A stretch of 63,968 bases of DNA, filler included, from Dugesia japonica (lineage: Eukaryota), in assembly GCA_001938525.1 (NCBI GenBank). It is 6 parts of 6 records of this genome, joined end to end, with 100 filler letters (N's around TTAATTAATTAA, not from the genome) between each part and the next. Parts side by side here need not be neighbours in the genome. Positions count along the whole stretch, not along the records: positions 31,396 to 45,673 come from MQRL01586328.1; positions 45,774 to 55,202 come from MQRL01593778.1; 4 more parts are not named here. The stretch is one strand, 5' to 3'. The position numbers were made by a program, and so were the translations under genes. The notes beneath the pieces were generated by a model that was not told the DNA's origin, made no database searches, and was given only the letters and a program-made list of their open reading frames with translations. Positions 38,735-52,337 of this stretch are shown here, piece after piece. The stretch's first letter is position 1; each line of letters opens with the position of its first letter.

Positions 38735-41700
38735 TAATAATAATAATATTAATAATAATAATTAATGCAATTTATCATTAATTTGTATATTACAATACAA
38801 ATAGAAAATAAATTATATGTAATTGTAAATATCTACAAAAATAATAGTACAACATGAATTTATAAATAATTAAAATTAGATAAAAAAATAATTTATAAAA
38901 GTTAGCAAATTATATCAAGATTACATAATCTTGAAAATATAAATAATATCATTTAAGATTCCAATTTAAAAAAATGTACAAAAATTAAAAAAAAAGAAAT
39001 CAATTACATTACGACTGAAATTATTAAGTGAGAGGTAGCGATTGCCAATAGGAGTATTTCTATTATTTAGAAATTGATGTAAAGAGCCAGTGAAATATAA
39101 ATCTTTTCTGTTAATTGGGCGATCAAGCTCTTTCATAATTTCCGCATGAACAAAGGTTTTTATATCATGAGGTAATTCCAAAGACATTTTAAGAGAAACT
39201 TGATCTGAATTAATTTCCGTATTAGGCGTCAATGTTTGAGGTTTGTTAGATTGAGAACTGAAGGAAGATTGACTAACAAACAATGTACTATTTTTTTGAT
39301 TTTCAGATACTTCGTTTAGAAGAGTTGTTGATCCAACCTAAATAATAATATTAACAATCACAATAGTATTTCCTAATAAACCAAATATCCTCTTTGTATC
39401 TAAGCTATAAATGCATATCATGTTTATTTTAGGATTATTTTTCAATTTTTAACGGTATATCTTTTCGAAAATATTCAAGATAGACGCCAGTATTAACGAA
39501 AAGACTAAATTAATGTCAGAAAAATGAAGCGATTTTTGCATTTTATTTCCCTATACTGTAATGTCCAAGGAAACTAAACAAATTACCAAAATACATATTA
39601 AACCATATTTCTGTAGGTATATTTATCCATGAAGTTGTGACCATACTATCATACAAAAATTGGTATAATTAAAGTTAGGAGAATCAGAAGAAAAAGTTGA
39701 AACAAAATTGATTTTCATTAGCAGAAAAAAACAAAGTGCTTGTGAAATATTACCACATGAAATTATTAATAAAAATTGATTACTATAACTATTTACCTAT
39801 AATCTACATAAAATTAATTAATGTATATTTATATATTATATCAAATATGATTACGATAATGAACAAACGATAACATAAACGCTTTTTTTCCGATTATGTT
39901 AATTTGAAAACTGATATAAAAATGATATCCTTTTATGTAATGTAAATACGTTTATGAGTTTTGTAAATTTTCGATTTATTTATTATGGTTATTGTTTCAA
40001 AAATAAGGACATACAATTTTTTAAAATTTAAATAATTTTTAACAGATTTATTATAAATGTTTTTAATGTTTACTATAAATGATTTAAATACTCAATACCA
40101 AATATTCAATAGTTTTTCAATAGAAGTTTCAATTTTTCGAGCAAGGGCAATCGAAAGTCTGAGAACATTTTAGAAGAACATAGACAGATAAAAGCTGTTG
40201 CAAAAATTGTGGTAAAATGATGAGCAATTAAGTATAATTCATGAATAGCCTTTATATCAATTTAAAAATCCCAACTTTATATTTTACAAATATTAAAAAA
40301 CAGGATTTTTAAAAGTTGATTTTTGAAAAAATCATGAGTATAAATAAAATAATAATCTCAATGAAATATAACTCAATAGTTTCATACTTTGAAAGAAATT
40401 TCTAAATTATTTGAATCAGTATTTTCATCTTTTATGATAGTTCTCTGTAAATATTAAAAATAAAAAAATATATACGTAAAATAGTAAACAAACTTGTTTC
40501 GCTACATACTCTTTTACCAATGATATAGGTATATCTTCTATATTATTTTCATTATAAGAAAACATTTCAGAAATCGAATTTGCAGACTTCAAATATTAAA
40601 AATGTATTAATTATAATAATAATAATTATTATTATTATAAATTCTTAAACCCCACTTCAATATATATTTTTGAACAGCGCGCTTCGACAGAATATCTGTT
40701 ATCATCAAATATAATATTTAATACTTTAATAAGTGCTTATATATTACAAGTTTTGATTATGCAATCACTTACACAATTTCTTCAAAAAATCAAATTAATT
40801 AAAAACATTCAATAAAGACCTGGAAAGACCTGTTAGAACATGAATTTTTGGAACAAATGATCTAATCATCAATGCTTCGAATATAACTCTCTCCCAATAA
40901 TCTCTAAAGTTTCTGCACAAAATTTTAAAATTATTTCAAATTATTATTATGATAACTATTATTATGTTACGTAAACTTCAATGAATTCTTGTAGCCAGGT
41001 ATTTATTTAATACTGGAAAACGTCAATATACAATTATAAATTTTGATTGACTAGCACAAATATCAAATATTGATGACAAAATTTAGTAAATTACAGCCAT
41101 TTTGAAAATTCACTTAAGTATGTCAGACATATTTAAAACATGTTATATAAAGTTTGAGAGTTAATAAATAAATAATCTCTTTGTTGTTATAAAATTTTTG
41201 TTTATATTTACATGTTTTTTCTAATATTAGGTTGTATAAAAAGTTTCCACCGATTTTGTGAATAGGCGGCGAAAAACGTCTACAGATATTTTTATTGATA
41301 TTTAATTTGTTAAAATATTTCAATTATATAAATTTAATAATCACAGCATTCAAATTGCTTAAAGAAGTTAGGCATTTTATTAATCAATAAAAATTTATTT
41401 ATATTTAGAAATGAACATAAATAAAGAAGAAAACGATCTTGGGCTAAAAACGTGGCGAAACCCCACAAACTGTGACTAAGCCGAAATTGGTACCAATGGA
41501 GGTCATGCTTTGCATCTGATGGAATTACAAAGGAATTATCTACCAAGAAATACTCCAATCAAGTCAAACTGTTGACTCTGTTCTCTACTGTCAACAATTA
41601 ACAGCAGACAATCGAAATAAAGCTGGCAGAATTGATCAATAGGAAAGGCGTTGTGTTTCACCATAACAATGCAAGGCCACATGTGTCTTTGATGACTCAG

Positions 41701-44014
41701 AAAAAATTGAGGGACCTTGGTTGGGAAATTTTGTTGCATCCTCCATATAGTCCTGATATTGCACCATCCGACTATCATTTATTTCGTTCACTGCAGAACT
41801 TCCTTGATGGTGTAAATTTGAATTCAAAAGAGGACACCGAAAACCACTTATCTCAGTTTTTCAGCGAAAAATCAGAGAAGTTCTATAGTGCCGGAATTCT
41901 AACTTTACTAAAGAAATGGCAAGACAATGTCGACCAAGATGGTGCATATGTAGTATAATAAAGTTTAGAAATTGTGTTAGTATTCTTAAGTTTTTCATAT
42001 TGCCAAAATCGGCGGAAACTTTTTAGACAACCTAATATATTATAACATACTAAAAAATGCAATACAGAAACCAATTATTAAACTACAATTTTCACAATAT
42101 TAGGTCATTTGGAAAATAATGTCGGATTTCGAAATAAACTTTAAATTGGCATAATAAAGTTTATTACAAAAGTTTAATTAAAAATTGAAAAAAATTTTAA
42201 AAAAATTGAATTTCTAGAGTCAATGAAATCTTTGAATGCTGTTTCAGATATTACATTGATTTTGCGATAGAAAACATTATTGCTAATTATATTCACATAA
42301 ATAATCGATTGGAAATAGATATTCTTTATAGATATCCTTGAAATTATGGACTTTTGAAAAATCCGGCATTACTTTCCGAACGACCTAATAGTAATTGTTA
42401 CAATTCAAATCTACAAAATTTCAGCGAACAAACAAATAATTTACAGTGATTATTGATCTCTCTATAAAAATATTTCTGCTAATAATAAATATTTCGCCCC
42501 ATAAATAAATTACTTCACTGCAATGTTCTTTTTTTTACTTTAAAAAATATAATTAAATTTCCAACAAATTTATTACATTTAAGAAAAAATAATATCACTT
42601 GAATTAATTTAGTTCATTAAAATGAATAGTTTGCTCTTTAAAATGCTAAATGTTAACTAGTTTTAGCTATTTAAATTAAGTGTAAGCATAGTTTTAGTAT
42701 TTTAATACGTTTGGGTAGGAAAGTAATTTTTCTGATGAAACATATACGTGTTGGGTTTTATTGTATATCATAATATAATAATAGATGTGTTCTAAATTTA
42801 ATTTCTACGTTGTCTACATTTTTTCATGTTTTTACTTATGCATTTCATATTTTATTTCATTCATATTTTATTCTTATTTCCTTCAAATTACTTTAAAAGT
42901 ACTTAAAACTTTTTACAGAAAATTTAATAATGATTATAAATTATAAACCATAATAATAAAACCAGTATAAATAATTAGTTTTCGTACTACAATTTACTAT
43001 ACACACTAAAACAATTTAGGTCTAATTTATTCCATGTTTGTAAAGAAAATGCGAAAAAATTTAGTTAATGTGAAAAGTATTCACATTAAAAAGCAAAGCA
43101 TCTGGACCTGGAGAGTTTTAAAGAATTTTAAACATTATTATTACTTGAGTACTACATTGTATATAAATTTCAAAATTAAAATGCGTAATTTCATTTATTT
43201 TAATTTAAGAAAAATATTTCAATATTTTGTGAATATTATTAAAATAGAGGCGATTTGAGTGAACTGTTAGTTATTTCAATTAATGTCCACAATAATTCAT
43301 TAATTCAAAAGTAATAGAAGTCCATTTAGATAAAACTAAATTATTATTAACTGCCGATATTTTTCATTAATTTCTAATATATATTTACAAAAAAACGAAA
43401 ATGTTGGTTCAAAGTGATTATTAATAAATTTTAATTTATTGAAACGCAAAATTATAAATATCGTGTTTAATATAATGAAAAAATGTATCTTGTACAAACA
43501 ACGGCTTATTTACGGAAACAAAATGAAAATGATATTTAATAATATATTTTCATTCGAATTAATTAAATTGTAAATTTGTTCATTATTAGTGAAATATAAT
43601 AATAATTAGATAAGAGTAACAAATAAAAATGTAAATCAATATTATTAATTAATAAAATTGAGCATAAAATTTTTAATTTTATATATTGACTGACTTACCG
43701 ATTTTTTTGAAATAGACTCACAAACACTGGAACCTTTCTTTTTAGAAATATTTTTATTAGATTTGATTTTTTTTAGTGTGGCTTCTATTACACGATCGAT
43801 TGCATAAGGAGGTAATAATGATGCAGCTATTGATGTCATACTTTCCATTTGACCATTATTAATATTCGTATGAGCTAATATTAATCCATTCATATCTACT
43901 TGAGATGCATTCACTAATTGATTCATTTGAGTAATCATCATTCCATCGAGACTACCAGTAGACACTGTTCTTTGACGAGATTTTTCTTCCATAATTCGAG
44001 TAAAAATCGAGCCT
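34990..44014 (-). CDS. SLC16/monocarboxylate transporter, partial: exons 44014-43699, 39337-39008, 35237-35202 and 35149-34990 (large cytoplasmic loop to TM7)
   Basis: Phase-consistent GT-AG splicing gives one open frame: GSIFTRIMEEKSRQRTVSTGSLDG...RPINRKDLYFTGSL...YSCP...VFDFSILQSCAFQMLTISSISMMLG. These resemble invertebrate MCT loop motifs (RP.YRKDIFY.GS) and the DFS.L entry into TM7. Exons for TM1-6 and TM8-12 were not found. Confidence 0.8.
37700..38600 (-). mobile_element. Mariner remnant
   Basis: Decayed PHxPYSPDLTSSDYYLFR and MFSVWRN...YSELL...YCNQLD motifs. Confidence 0.8.
40640..40935 (-). mobile_element. Penelope-like element, 3' fragment with decayed hammerhead (~40670-40714)
   Basis: FKILCRNFRDYWERVIFEALMIRS matches ORF 21535-21840; TTGATGA-T-AACAG...CTGTC-GAA-GCGCGC follows. 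Confidence 0.8.
41227..42035 (+). mobile_element. Internally deleted mariner with both TIRs
   Basis: TA|TTAGGTTGTATAAAAGTTTCCACCGATTT...AAATCGGCGGAAACTTTTTAGACAACCTAA|TA; motifs FHHNNARPH and HPPYSPDIAPSDYHLF. Confidence 0.93.
42100..42388. mobile_element. Mariner-type MITE
   Basis: ~30-bp imperfect TIRs TTAGGTCATTTGGAAAATAATGTCGGATTT / AAATCCGGCATTACTTTCCGAACGACCTAA with TA TSD. Confidence 0.85.
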
Positions 44015-44519
44015 CTAAAAATACATTAAAAATACATTAAATAACATTAAAAACCAAAATTGTCAACCTTTTAAATTAAATTTGAAGAAAATCAAGTATC
44101 GATTTTAAAATCAAAATAATTATCATAGAATTTAATCACAAAGAAAAATAACAATTTCAGAAATTCATTTTAAAATTTTTTTCATAGTTATAAAATAATT
44201 CTATAATTTAACATAATACTTTTCATAAATAATTAAATTTCATGGCAGTTGTAAAATAATTTTACTAGGCAATTTGAATAGCAAAGCAAGTTTTTTTCTG
44301 TCTTGACAAACTATTTCTTTCAAACTACATTTCTAAAAGACTTTGGAAAAAATATATACAAACAATTTATAAAACATTAAAAAAATAAAAATGTTAATGT
44401 ACATAATCCAAAATATAATTTGAGAATTATATTTATTAAGTTGAACAAAAAGTTCTCGTCGATTTTTAAGCAAATATGAAAAAATCATTTTTTAACAAAG
44501 ATTTATACTTAATCAAAAA

Positions 44520-45140
44520 TATAATTTCCATTATTTTCTATAACTGATTAATATAACTTGAATCAGTCTTCCAGGTAAACAATCTTTACCTCTAGCAACA
44601 ATATCTTCTCGTTTAGAGTAAAAGAAACCCATAAGAGCCGATTTAATGATCTATGGTATAAACAATTTTGCAAAGATCAAAATAGGAAATAATCCAATGG
44701 AGTGACTCAGAATTTCCCAACCCAGTTCATGTGTTTTCTGCTCTGTTTTGATAGTAGTATGTGACCTAATATTGTCATAGTGAAGAAGAACTTTCTTTCC
44801 TTTGGTTAAAATCAGAAATTTATTACGAAATTCCGTTAGTAAACGAACTAGTTCATATTGGCTGTACTTGCTTCGCCAGGAGACAACAATACAAAATATA
44901 TAAGTTCTTTATAGATTTCAGCAAAGATAAACCATGAGCCTTTATTAATAGATCTCCGTCTTCGCGATCGTAGGTATTGGCTGTTCCGGTCAAACATAAA
45001 CTCTTTAAAGTATGATATTATTGTATCGAATACATTTTTATATATCCAGTTATCATTCTACTCAAAAAGACTCATCTTCATTTCAAAAAATCAGAGAAGA
45101 AAATTAAACAATTGGATACAATTTGTCTGTTTCTGTCAGT
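44520..45140 (-). mobile_element. Highly decayed mariner
   Basis: Remnants such as VLLHYDNIRSH and ELGWEIL. Confidence 0.65.
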
Positions 45141-46489
45141 TCATGAAATTTTATTAAAATATTAATTAAATTTTGAAAAAATATTTAAAATTTAAATTAT
45201 TACGCAATATAAAGCGTTACAAACAAATTCACATACGTGGAAAATTATATATTAGAGTTTGTAAGAATAAAATTATTACATAATATGAAGCGCTCAGACA
45301 AATTCGTGACTTAGGAAATTATATATTAGATTTTAATTCTAAAATAATTTATAAATATTTTATTCCATAATTTTTTCAAGAATTTTCATATGCTTAATAT
45401 CTCCGTAATTCAATAAAACATCTATAAATTCTATATGTGAAAAAAATGTGGCGAAAATATTTCTAATGAAAACTAATCGCACTGCTAATGCAAATTATCG
45501 ATGTGTCAATAATTTTTGAAATTTTTTTATCTTTAAAAATAAACTTTAAAATAGGAACAGATAAATTTACAATTCACATATTTCCTTACGAATATTTGTG
45601 AATATTTATAATAGAGAAACTGTAAAACATAATGTTTCTTGCAAACTTCTGTAATTACTACTTAAATTTTGATNNNNNNNNNNNNNNNNNNNNNNNNNNN
45701 NNNNNNNNNNNNNNNNNTTAATTAATTAANNNNNNNNNNNNNNNNNNNNNNNNNNNNNNNNNNNNNNNNNNNNTTGGTTTTCCCAGTTTTTTACACAGGA
45801 TTTTTTCGAAAATATTTTTTCTCCTCAAATGTAATTATAATTTAGTGAATTCGATAGAGAATTTTTTGCTGATTCCAAATATGTTAACCTAAAATCGCCA
45901 AAGTTAATACTAGATTAAACAAATGAGGTTTTTTTGTGAAAAAATGTCAAAATTCAGAGCTTTGAGTTCAGAGCTCTGTTCATAGAGAACTGCTATCGAC
46001 TCAAATTTGGTATCATTTTACTCAGGAGAAAAAAGTGACTGTATAAAGTAAAAATATCGTCTAGCTAAAAATGCTTCCTATCGAATATGTACAGCCGCCC
46101 TCCCGGAGTTGGTGAAATTTTTTCGAAAATTTAAAATGTATCTCAAAATTGGTTAACAAGGTATCTATTCGATAGAGAATCTTTCACTGATTCCAAATAT
46201 GTAAAATCATCAAACCTTATAGATAAAAAGTTATAGTGAAAAAACATGTACTTAATTTTTGGGACTCTGGGAGGGAATTATGAATTTTGGAAAGGGTAAC
46301 TCAAATTTAAACATCAATATATCTATTAGATAGAGAATTTAAAGTTGAGTAGTAAAAAAACGTGGTTACAAATCGTCAAGTTTTATAGATAAAAAGATAT
46401 AAAAGAAAAATAAATATTAATTATAAACCAAATTAATTTAATTTTAAATAAATTAATTAATTAAATATTATCAAAAAGAATGTTCTGGA

Positions 46490-48640
46490 ATCAATTGTTT
46501 TATAGTAATTTATAGTAACTTATAGTAATTGTTTTCAAATTCATTTGCACTTTCAGTCCTAAATTTGATGTTTTCATCGATTTATTGTTTGCAAGTATGA
46601 TCTTGTGAAAATCTAACTGCCCTGTGAACATTAGTACCTTGCACACCTAATTGCAAGTACATTTGCAGTAATCTCCAGCGCACTACGTAATTGAACTTTG
46701 GATAATGAATCAACATTAATTTCTTGACCTTGCTTCCTGGAGCACATTGATGTTTGGCTGCAATAGGTTAGTCACTGAGATAATCATGGAGTTCGTTAAG
46801 AATCTCAATGTCAACTTTTAGAGTGTATCTATATTGCAATGACTCAAGATGTGCATATTTACATTCTTCTAAAACTACTTCTAATCCACAATAGACCCAC
46901 TTCAAAATTTTGTATGGTAACTTCTGGTTCAAATCCCAACCATGCAGGTTATTTATATCAATGTATAACAACTCTGTATTTTCATCTGACATAGCATGGT
47001 GTTTGTTGATAAAGGTGAGACCATCTCTAATTCCACCTTCAAAAAAGGTGTACATGTCGTTATCAGCCAAAAGATCAATGGGTTCGTTTAACGTCATCAG
47101 AGCAGATGCCCAGGTCATGTCTGGAATGCCAAAGAAATTTAAGGGTTTCAGGTGGGTATGAGCTTAGGACCTCGATCTGAATTGCTGAAAAAAGTCAGCT
47201 AGGAGAAAGATGTCCAACTTCATGCACACCAGCATATAGTCCAGTATGTTTTTACGTTTTAAGATTTTCCACATATCCACCACTTTTTTACGTTCTTCCT
47301 CACTAACTCCATCCCATTTTGACGGCATTTCCTTTGTATCAACCAGTTTTTGTAAACTAGTAGCGTGATTTTATGGGAAAATACCCTTTGTCCTAATAAT
47401 TCTGCGGTCCATAAATTCCTGTGATGTTAAAAGAGTTGTTTTGATGGTTTTAACAGCTGAATTCAATAAATCTAATGGTAGGTGATTTTTTTTATGTGCA
47501 ATAAGACACAAGAATTTTTTGCTCATAGTTGGAATACAACTGAGGTCCCAATGTTGGAATTAACAGAGTCCATGTTAAAGAATATGGCCATATTGCATAT
47601 TTATTCTTCTGCTTATATTGCAACTGTTACATGCTACACCCATATATTCACCTGTAAAATGACTGTGGTCCTTAACAGGATTTACTGATAATTTCTCACA
47701 TAAATGACATGTTTTTTTAGCAGCAAAGGAAATTTCTTGATCCAAAGTTATATTTATCTTTATTTTTCCATTATTCTTATAATATTAAAACACAGTATTT
47801 TTGCCGATTTTCTTAATCTCTTTCAAAAACTTAAAAACACAGTTATTTCCGATAAACTCTTGATGTTATGTTTCTTTAGTGTAACTGTTAACTATCAAAA
47901 GCCCGGTTTTAATAGGTAAATGTTTTTGATAATAATTCTCATCCGCTGATAATACTGATTCAGAATCAGCGTATTTGACTAATGGAGAACTTATAGTTTT
48001 TGAATAGTCTGTAAATTCTAAGTTAGGATTGATCGGCATAGTATACAACGCGGTACCTGTCAAGATTTTGCTACAAAGAGGCTCATATTTTTCAAAGGCT
48101 GCATTATCTCGGAATCCATTCAGACAATTTAGGCCCCATGCTGACCGTATTCGAACACCATTCGTCTTAATGTCTCTATTCATAAGCCTATCCAGATTTA
48201 TTATGGCTGTGTAATGATACCTATGTCCATCTTCTAATAGTAACAAATTTATTTTTCTTCCATCGGCTATTTTCCATTTATGAATTATGTCAAGATTCGG
48301 ATGTTTCATTACAACGTCATCGTCTTCAACTGCTTGTGAGTTCTACGTTAGAATATTGATGGATAGTCCCGAGATTTGTTTTTTAAACTTTGAAATATTA
48401 ATAAGCTTCATTAGCATATCTTTTTCGTTGAACATAAGGTCCTTTATATATTCTTTATATTTCGCTGCTCAATGTTTATTACTATCTCCAACTACATCGC
48501 GTTTAAGGATAGAAAGAACACTATAGATAAAACATAAATTATCCGAGTTCTAAACATTGATTATTGCTTTTTTCTTGCAACATTACTAGGTGTGGAAATA
48601 TAACTGCTTCCCGCAAGCCGACTGAGTAAGCCGTATAAGT
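46490..48640 (-). pseudogene. Maverick/Polinton protein-primed DNA polymerase B (copy 1)
   Basis: Motifs GSSYI...KKAIINV...CFIYSVL, YADSES, KGIFP, FFEGGIRDG and YIDINNLHGW...LP; many frameshifts and stops. Confidence 0.92.
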
Positions 48641-48649
48641 TATCATGGT

Positions 48650-49480
48650 GTGTTTTTTTGGAGGGTGTATGTTCGTACTGTGTAGTTGGATTTTGTTGGT
48701 TGCTGAGTTTTAGAAAAGGTAATTCGATGGGGAAGAATTTGGATGTCGATTGTGCCAGAATTTCAAATTTTTATGTTTTAATTTGATTGGTTGATATTTG
48801 TAAGTAGTATACGTGTTTTAAAAATATTTTCGGGAAGGGGAAAATTGTATGGGTGGAAAGAAAATTGATTATCAGATTTTTTAAGATTTATTTTTTTCTG
48901 CCAGGCGGGTGAGACGTAATAAGTTTTTGAAATCTTTATTTTGAGTAAAAATGCTGTATTTTGCTTAAAATGATGAATAAATAGAAAATAATGGTGTTTT
49001 TGAATATTTGATGTATTGTTTAGTATTTGTTGAGTATATTTGAATAGAAAGGGTTGTTTTTAATATTTTTTGAACAGAGAACAGGGGAATCTTGATATTT
49101 TTGGACGGGAAATTATTAAAAAAAAAATTTTTGTGGGAAATGTTAAAATTTTTATAAGAGAGAAATTCAAAAATACTTTTTGGCGTGAAATTTAAAATAG
49201 GGGGAATTTTATTTTCAAATTTGATTAAATTTAATTTAATTAAATTTATGTATGAGATGGGGGGATTTTCTATATTTTACATGAGATGGGAGGTCTAAAA
49301 TTCATAGGCACGTGATTTTTAATGTATGTGTGTTGCATCTGAGTTTCTTTTGAGTTGCATACCTATTGCATTTTTATTAATAACAAAAATCCCCAGGCAC
49401 GTAATTTTCAGCGTATGTGTGTTGCATCTGAGTTGCATACATTAATAAAAAATTCCCAGGAATGCAATTTTCAATTAGAA
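48650..49480 (+). repeat. Maverick subterminal/TIR region with the terminus lost
   Basis: 48780-48900 aligns with 57675-57780 (arm starting AGTAGT); 48835-49450 is reverse-complementary to ~61625-62303. Confidence 0.75.
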
Positions 49481-49495
49481 ACAAGGTACTAAATT

Positions 49496-50141
49496 ATGAA
49501 TAAATTAAAGAAAAACAAGATGGAGAGATTAATAAATTATGCAGTCAATCAAATTGTTGGACCTAGTAGTAGTGGTAAAACTTTGTTTGTATGTCAATTA
49601 TTGAAATCAAAGTTATTCAAGTCTAAATTTAAAAACATATACTGGAATAGAGGTGCAGATGAGAAACATGAATTGACTAAATCTAAATACTGTAATATTA
49701 AAATGAAAATTATAAATGGTTTTGATTCTAATTGGAGTAAAGGATTATGACTAGGTGATGTTATTGTTGATGATTTGTATCAGGAGGCAAATAAAGAAAA
49801 GGATTTCAATAATTTATTAACAAAGATATCAAGACATCGTAATGTGACTGTTATATTTATTACACAAAGTTTATTTCATCAAGGAGGTAGTCATAGAACC
49901 CATAATTTAAACGTACAATATTTGGTTTTATTCAAAAATCCTAGAAATCAAACTGTTGTTGATTTTCTAGCAAGACAAGCATTTTCAAATAACAGACAAT
50001 TTTTTATTGAATCATTTTAATATGCAACAGAAAACCACATGGATATCTATTTCGGGACTTTACACAATAATGTCCAGATGATTATAGGGTGAGAACAGAT
50101 ATATTCAACCCTAATGGTATCACAGTATATAAACAAAATAG
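49496..50141 (+). pseudogene. Maverick A32-like packaging ATPase
   Basis: Walker A GPSSSGKT, Walker B VIVDDL, then SRHRNVTVIFITQ, YLVLFKNPRN, KPHGYLF and RVRTDIF; internal stops. Confidence 0.92.
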
Positions 50142-50429
50142 GTCATTTTTATAATATTATATACAATGTCAAAGTTTAAGAAAATTGTAGTTGCTTCAGT
50201 TGCTGATGTTGATGTTGTTAAACAATGAAAAGGTTGGTTTTGAAGAAAAAGACAAAATAAAAATTCCACAAAAAACAATCTCATAAGAAAACTTATGCTA
50301 ATGAGAAAAAACAATTGAATAAGTTTAATAAAAATTTCAAAAAGTACTGAAAAGAGACTGGAATTGATAAATGGAAAATGGATATCATTATAAACAATTA
50401 ACTGGTATGTCTTTGTTAATGAAATAAAA

Positions 50430-50720
50430 ATGAAATTAAAAAGAAGTATTCCGTATTTTACTGCTTTGATTAAATCATCAAAATCAATGAGAATGAGAAT
50501 TTTGGAATCATTTGTACCATATGTTATGGACGATTTACTTAAGATTATTGTAAATATTGTTTGTTGTAATGTAAATTTGAGCAAAGCTAAAAAGAAAACA
50601 TTGAAAAAACATAAATCAAAACCTTACTATCGCTTGTAAATACAAAAATAGGAGATTAATAAGGAAAGTAATACGAGATAATAAAGGTGGTGGATTAATA
50701 GTAGCATTACTGCATTAGGC
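50430..50720 (+). pseudogene. Small basic Maverick protein (putative virion core)
   Basis: Pattern IVNIVCCNVNLSKAKKKTLKKHK...(frameshift)...KGGGLI; lies between the ATPase and the integrase. Confidence 0.55.
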
Positions 50721-50839
50721 TTAACTCATTTCAAATAAACAATTGAAGCCTTTGATCAATATATTAATAAACAATTGGTGGATTGCAATCATTACCTAAT
50801 TGTGACTTAAAATTTGCATCGAATTGTTGTAATTGGGAA

Positions 50840-51880
50840 ACTAAAGACAATATGGTCGGATCCAAAATACCCAGCAGGCTTTTGAGACGTAGAAAAATTG
50901 ATAAAAGCAGCTCAAAAAATGAAAGCAAAGACGAAAAACTGGTTATCGGGTCAACTAGCGTACAGCCTGAACAAGTTGATGTTGAAACGATTTCCTACAA
51001 GAGCATGTAAAAGATATGTTATTGATGATTTATGGCTAATGGATCTAATGAAGATGATTCTGTATTCAAAAGTTAATAAAGGATACAAGTATATTTTGAC
51101 ATGTATCAATGATTTCAATAGATTTGCAAGAGCTGTTCCTGTTAAATCAAAATCTGCTAATGATATGGAACGAGCAATCAAATCAATATTTAAAAATGGA
51201 CATCCAGATAATTTGAAAACGGATTTGGGTAAGGAAGTTTATAATTACAAGGTAAAACAACTTATAAATCGTCTATCCATAAACCATTACAGTGTATTCT
51301 CTCAGTATAAAGCTGCACATGTAGAGAGATTTAATCGTACATTGCGAATGCATTAAAAAAGTACTTTGTACATGTTGGTAATAAGACTTGGATAAATGTT
51401 TTTACCGAAACCTATTCATAGTTAAATTCATTCTGATCATAAGAGATTAAATGGAGCAAGACTGGTTGATGTGAGAACAAACAATCAATTAAAGTTATGG
51501 TTATCACGTAAACATTGAAAAGCAAATAAAAAACCAAAGTATAAAGTTAGTGATCATGTGAGAATCTCGAAAATACCAGCTTCACCATTTATCAAGAATT
51601 TCAATAGTAATTGGAGTGATGAAGTGTTTCAAATAACAAAAATCAACATGAAACAGAATACAGTCATGTATGTTATTAAAGATTATGAAGATAATATCGT
51701 GCAAGAAAAATTCAATTAGCAAGAATTACAAGTCATTCCACCACCAGAGATATATAGAATAGAAACAATAATCAAATCAAAAGGATCAGGAAAGAATAAA
51801 CAATACTATGTAAAGTGGCATGGATAGGAAAAACCGAGTTGGATATTAGCATCACAAATAGTCAATAAGGAAGAAAATTT
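50840..51880 (+). pseudogene. Maverick retroviral-like (rve) integrase with C-terminal chromodomain
   Basis: Motifs DPKYPAGF, WLMDL, YKYILTCINDF, LKTDLGKE, VERFNRTL, YKVSDHVRISK, NWSDEVF and YRIETII...YYVKWHG...SWI. Confidence 0.93.
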
Positions 51881-51882
51881 AG

Positions 51883-52337
51883 ATGAAATCAAGTAATTTC
51901 TATACACTATTACCGAGTAATAGCTGTCCACTTATTCATCCGGAGAATAATGCTAGTAAATTCATTGTCGAGCTACAAAATCCAATTTATATGGATGGTA
52001 GTTGGGAAGTGACCATGATGGACTTCACTTTTCTATATTTATCATGTCTGCTATATAGCAAATAGAAAATTGAATACATGACTGCATGAATGAAATAACT
52101 GTAACAATAAATAACAAGGAAAAAACATTTATTGTTGATCAAAATAAAAATTTTGAAATATTTGAAAATAATCTCATAAAATTTTATTGTGATTTTCCAT
52201 ATGTTGTCATATGTGAAGATTCACATATCGCTCACTCATTTGGGTTAGAATTTAAGTCTAACAAATTATCAAAGAAATGTGGTTATATCTATACAATTAT
52301 TGAGGATGATGTTGAAGAAATAAACAATCAAAGATGA
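51883..52337 (+). pseudogene. Maverick minor capsid (penton) protein, N-terminal part
   Basis: FYTLLPSNS...PENNASKFIVELQNPIYMDGSWEV matches the conserved N-terminal signature. Confidence 0.8.
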
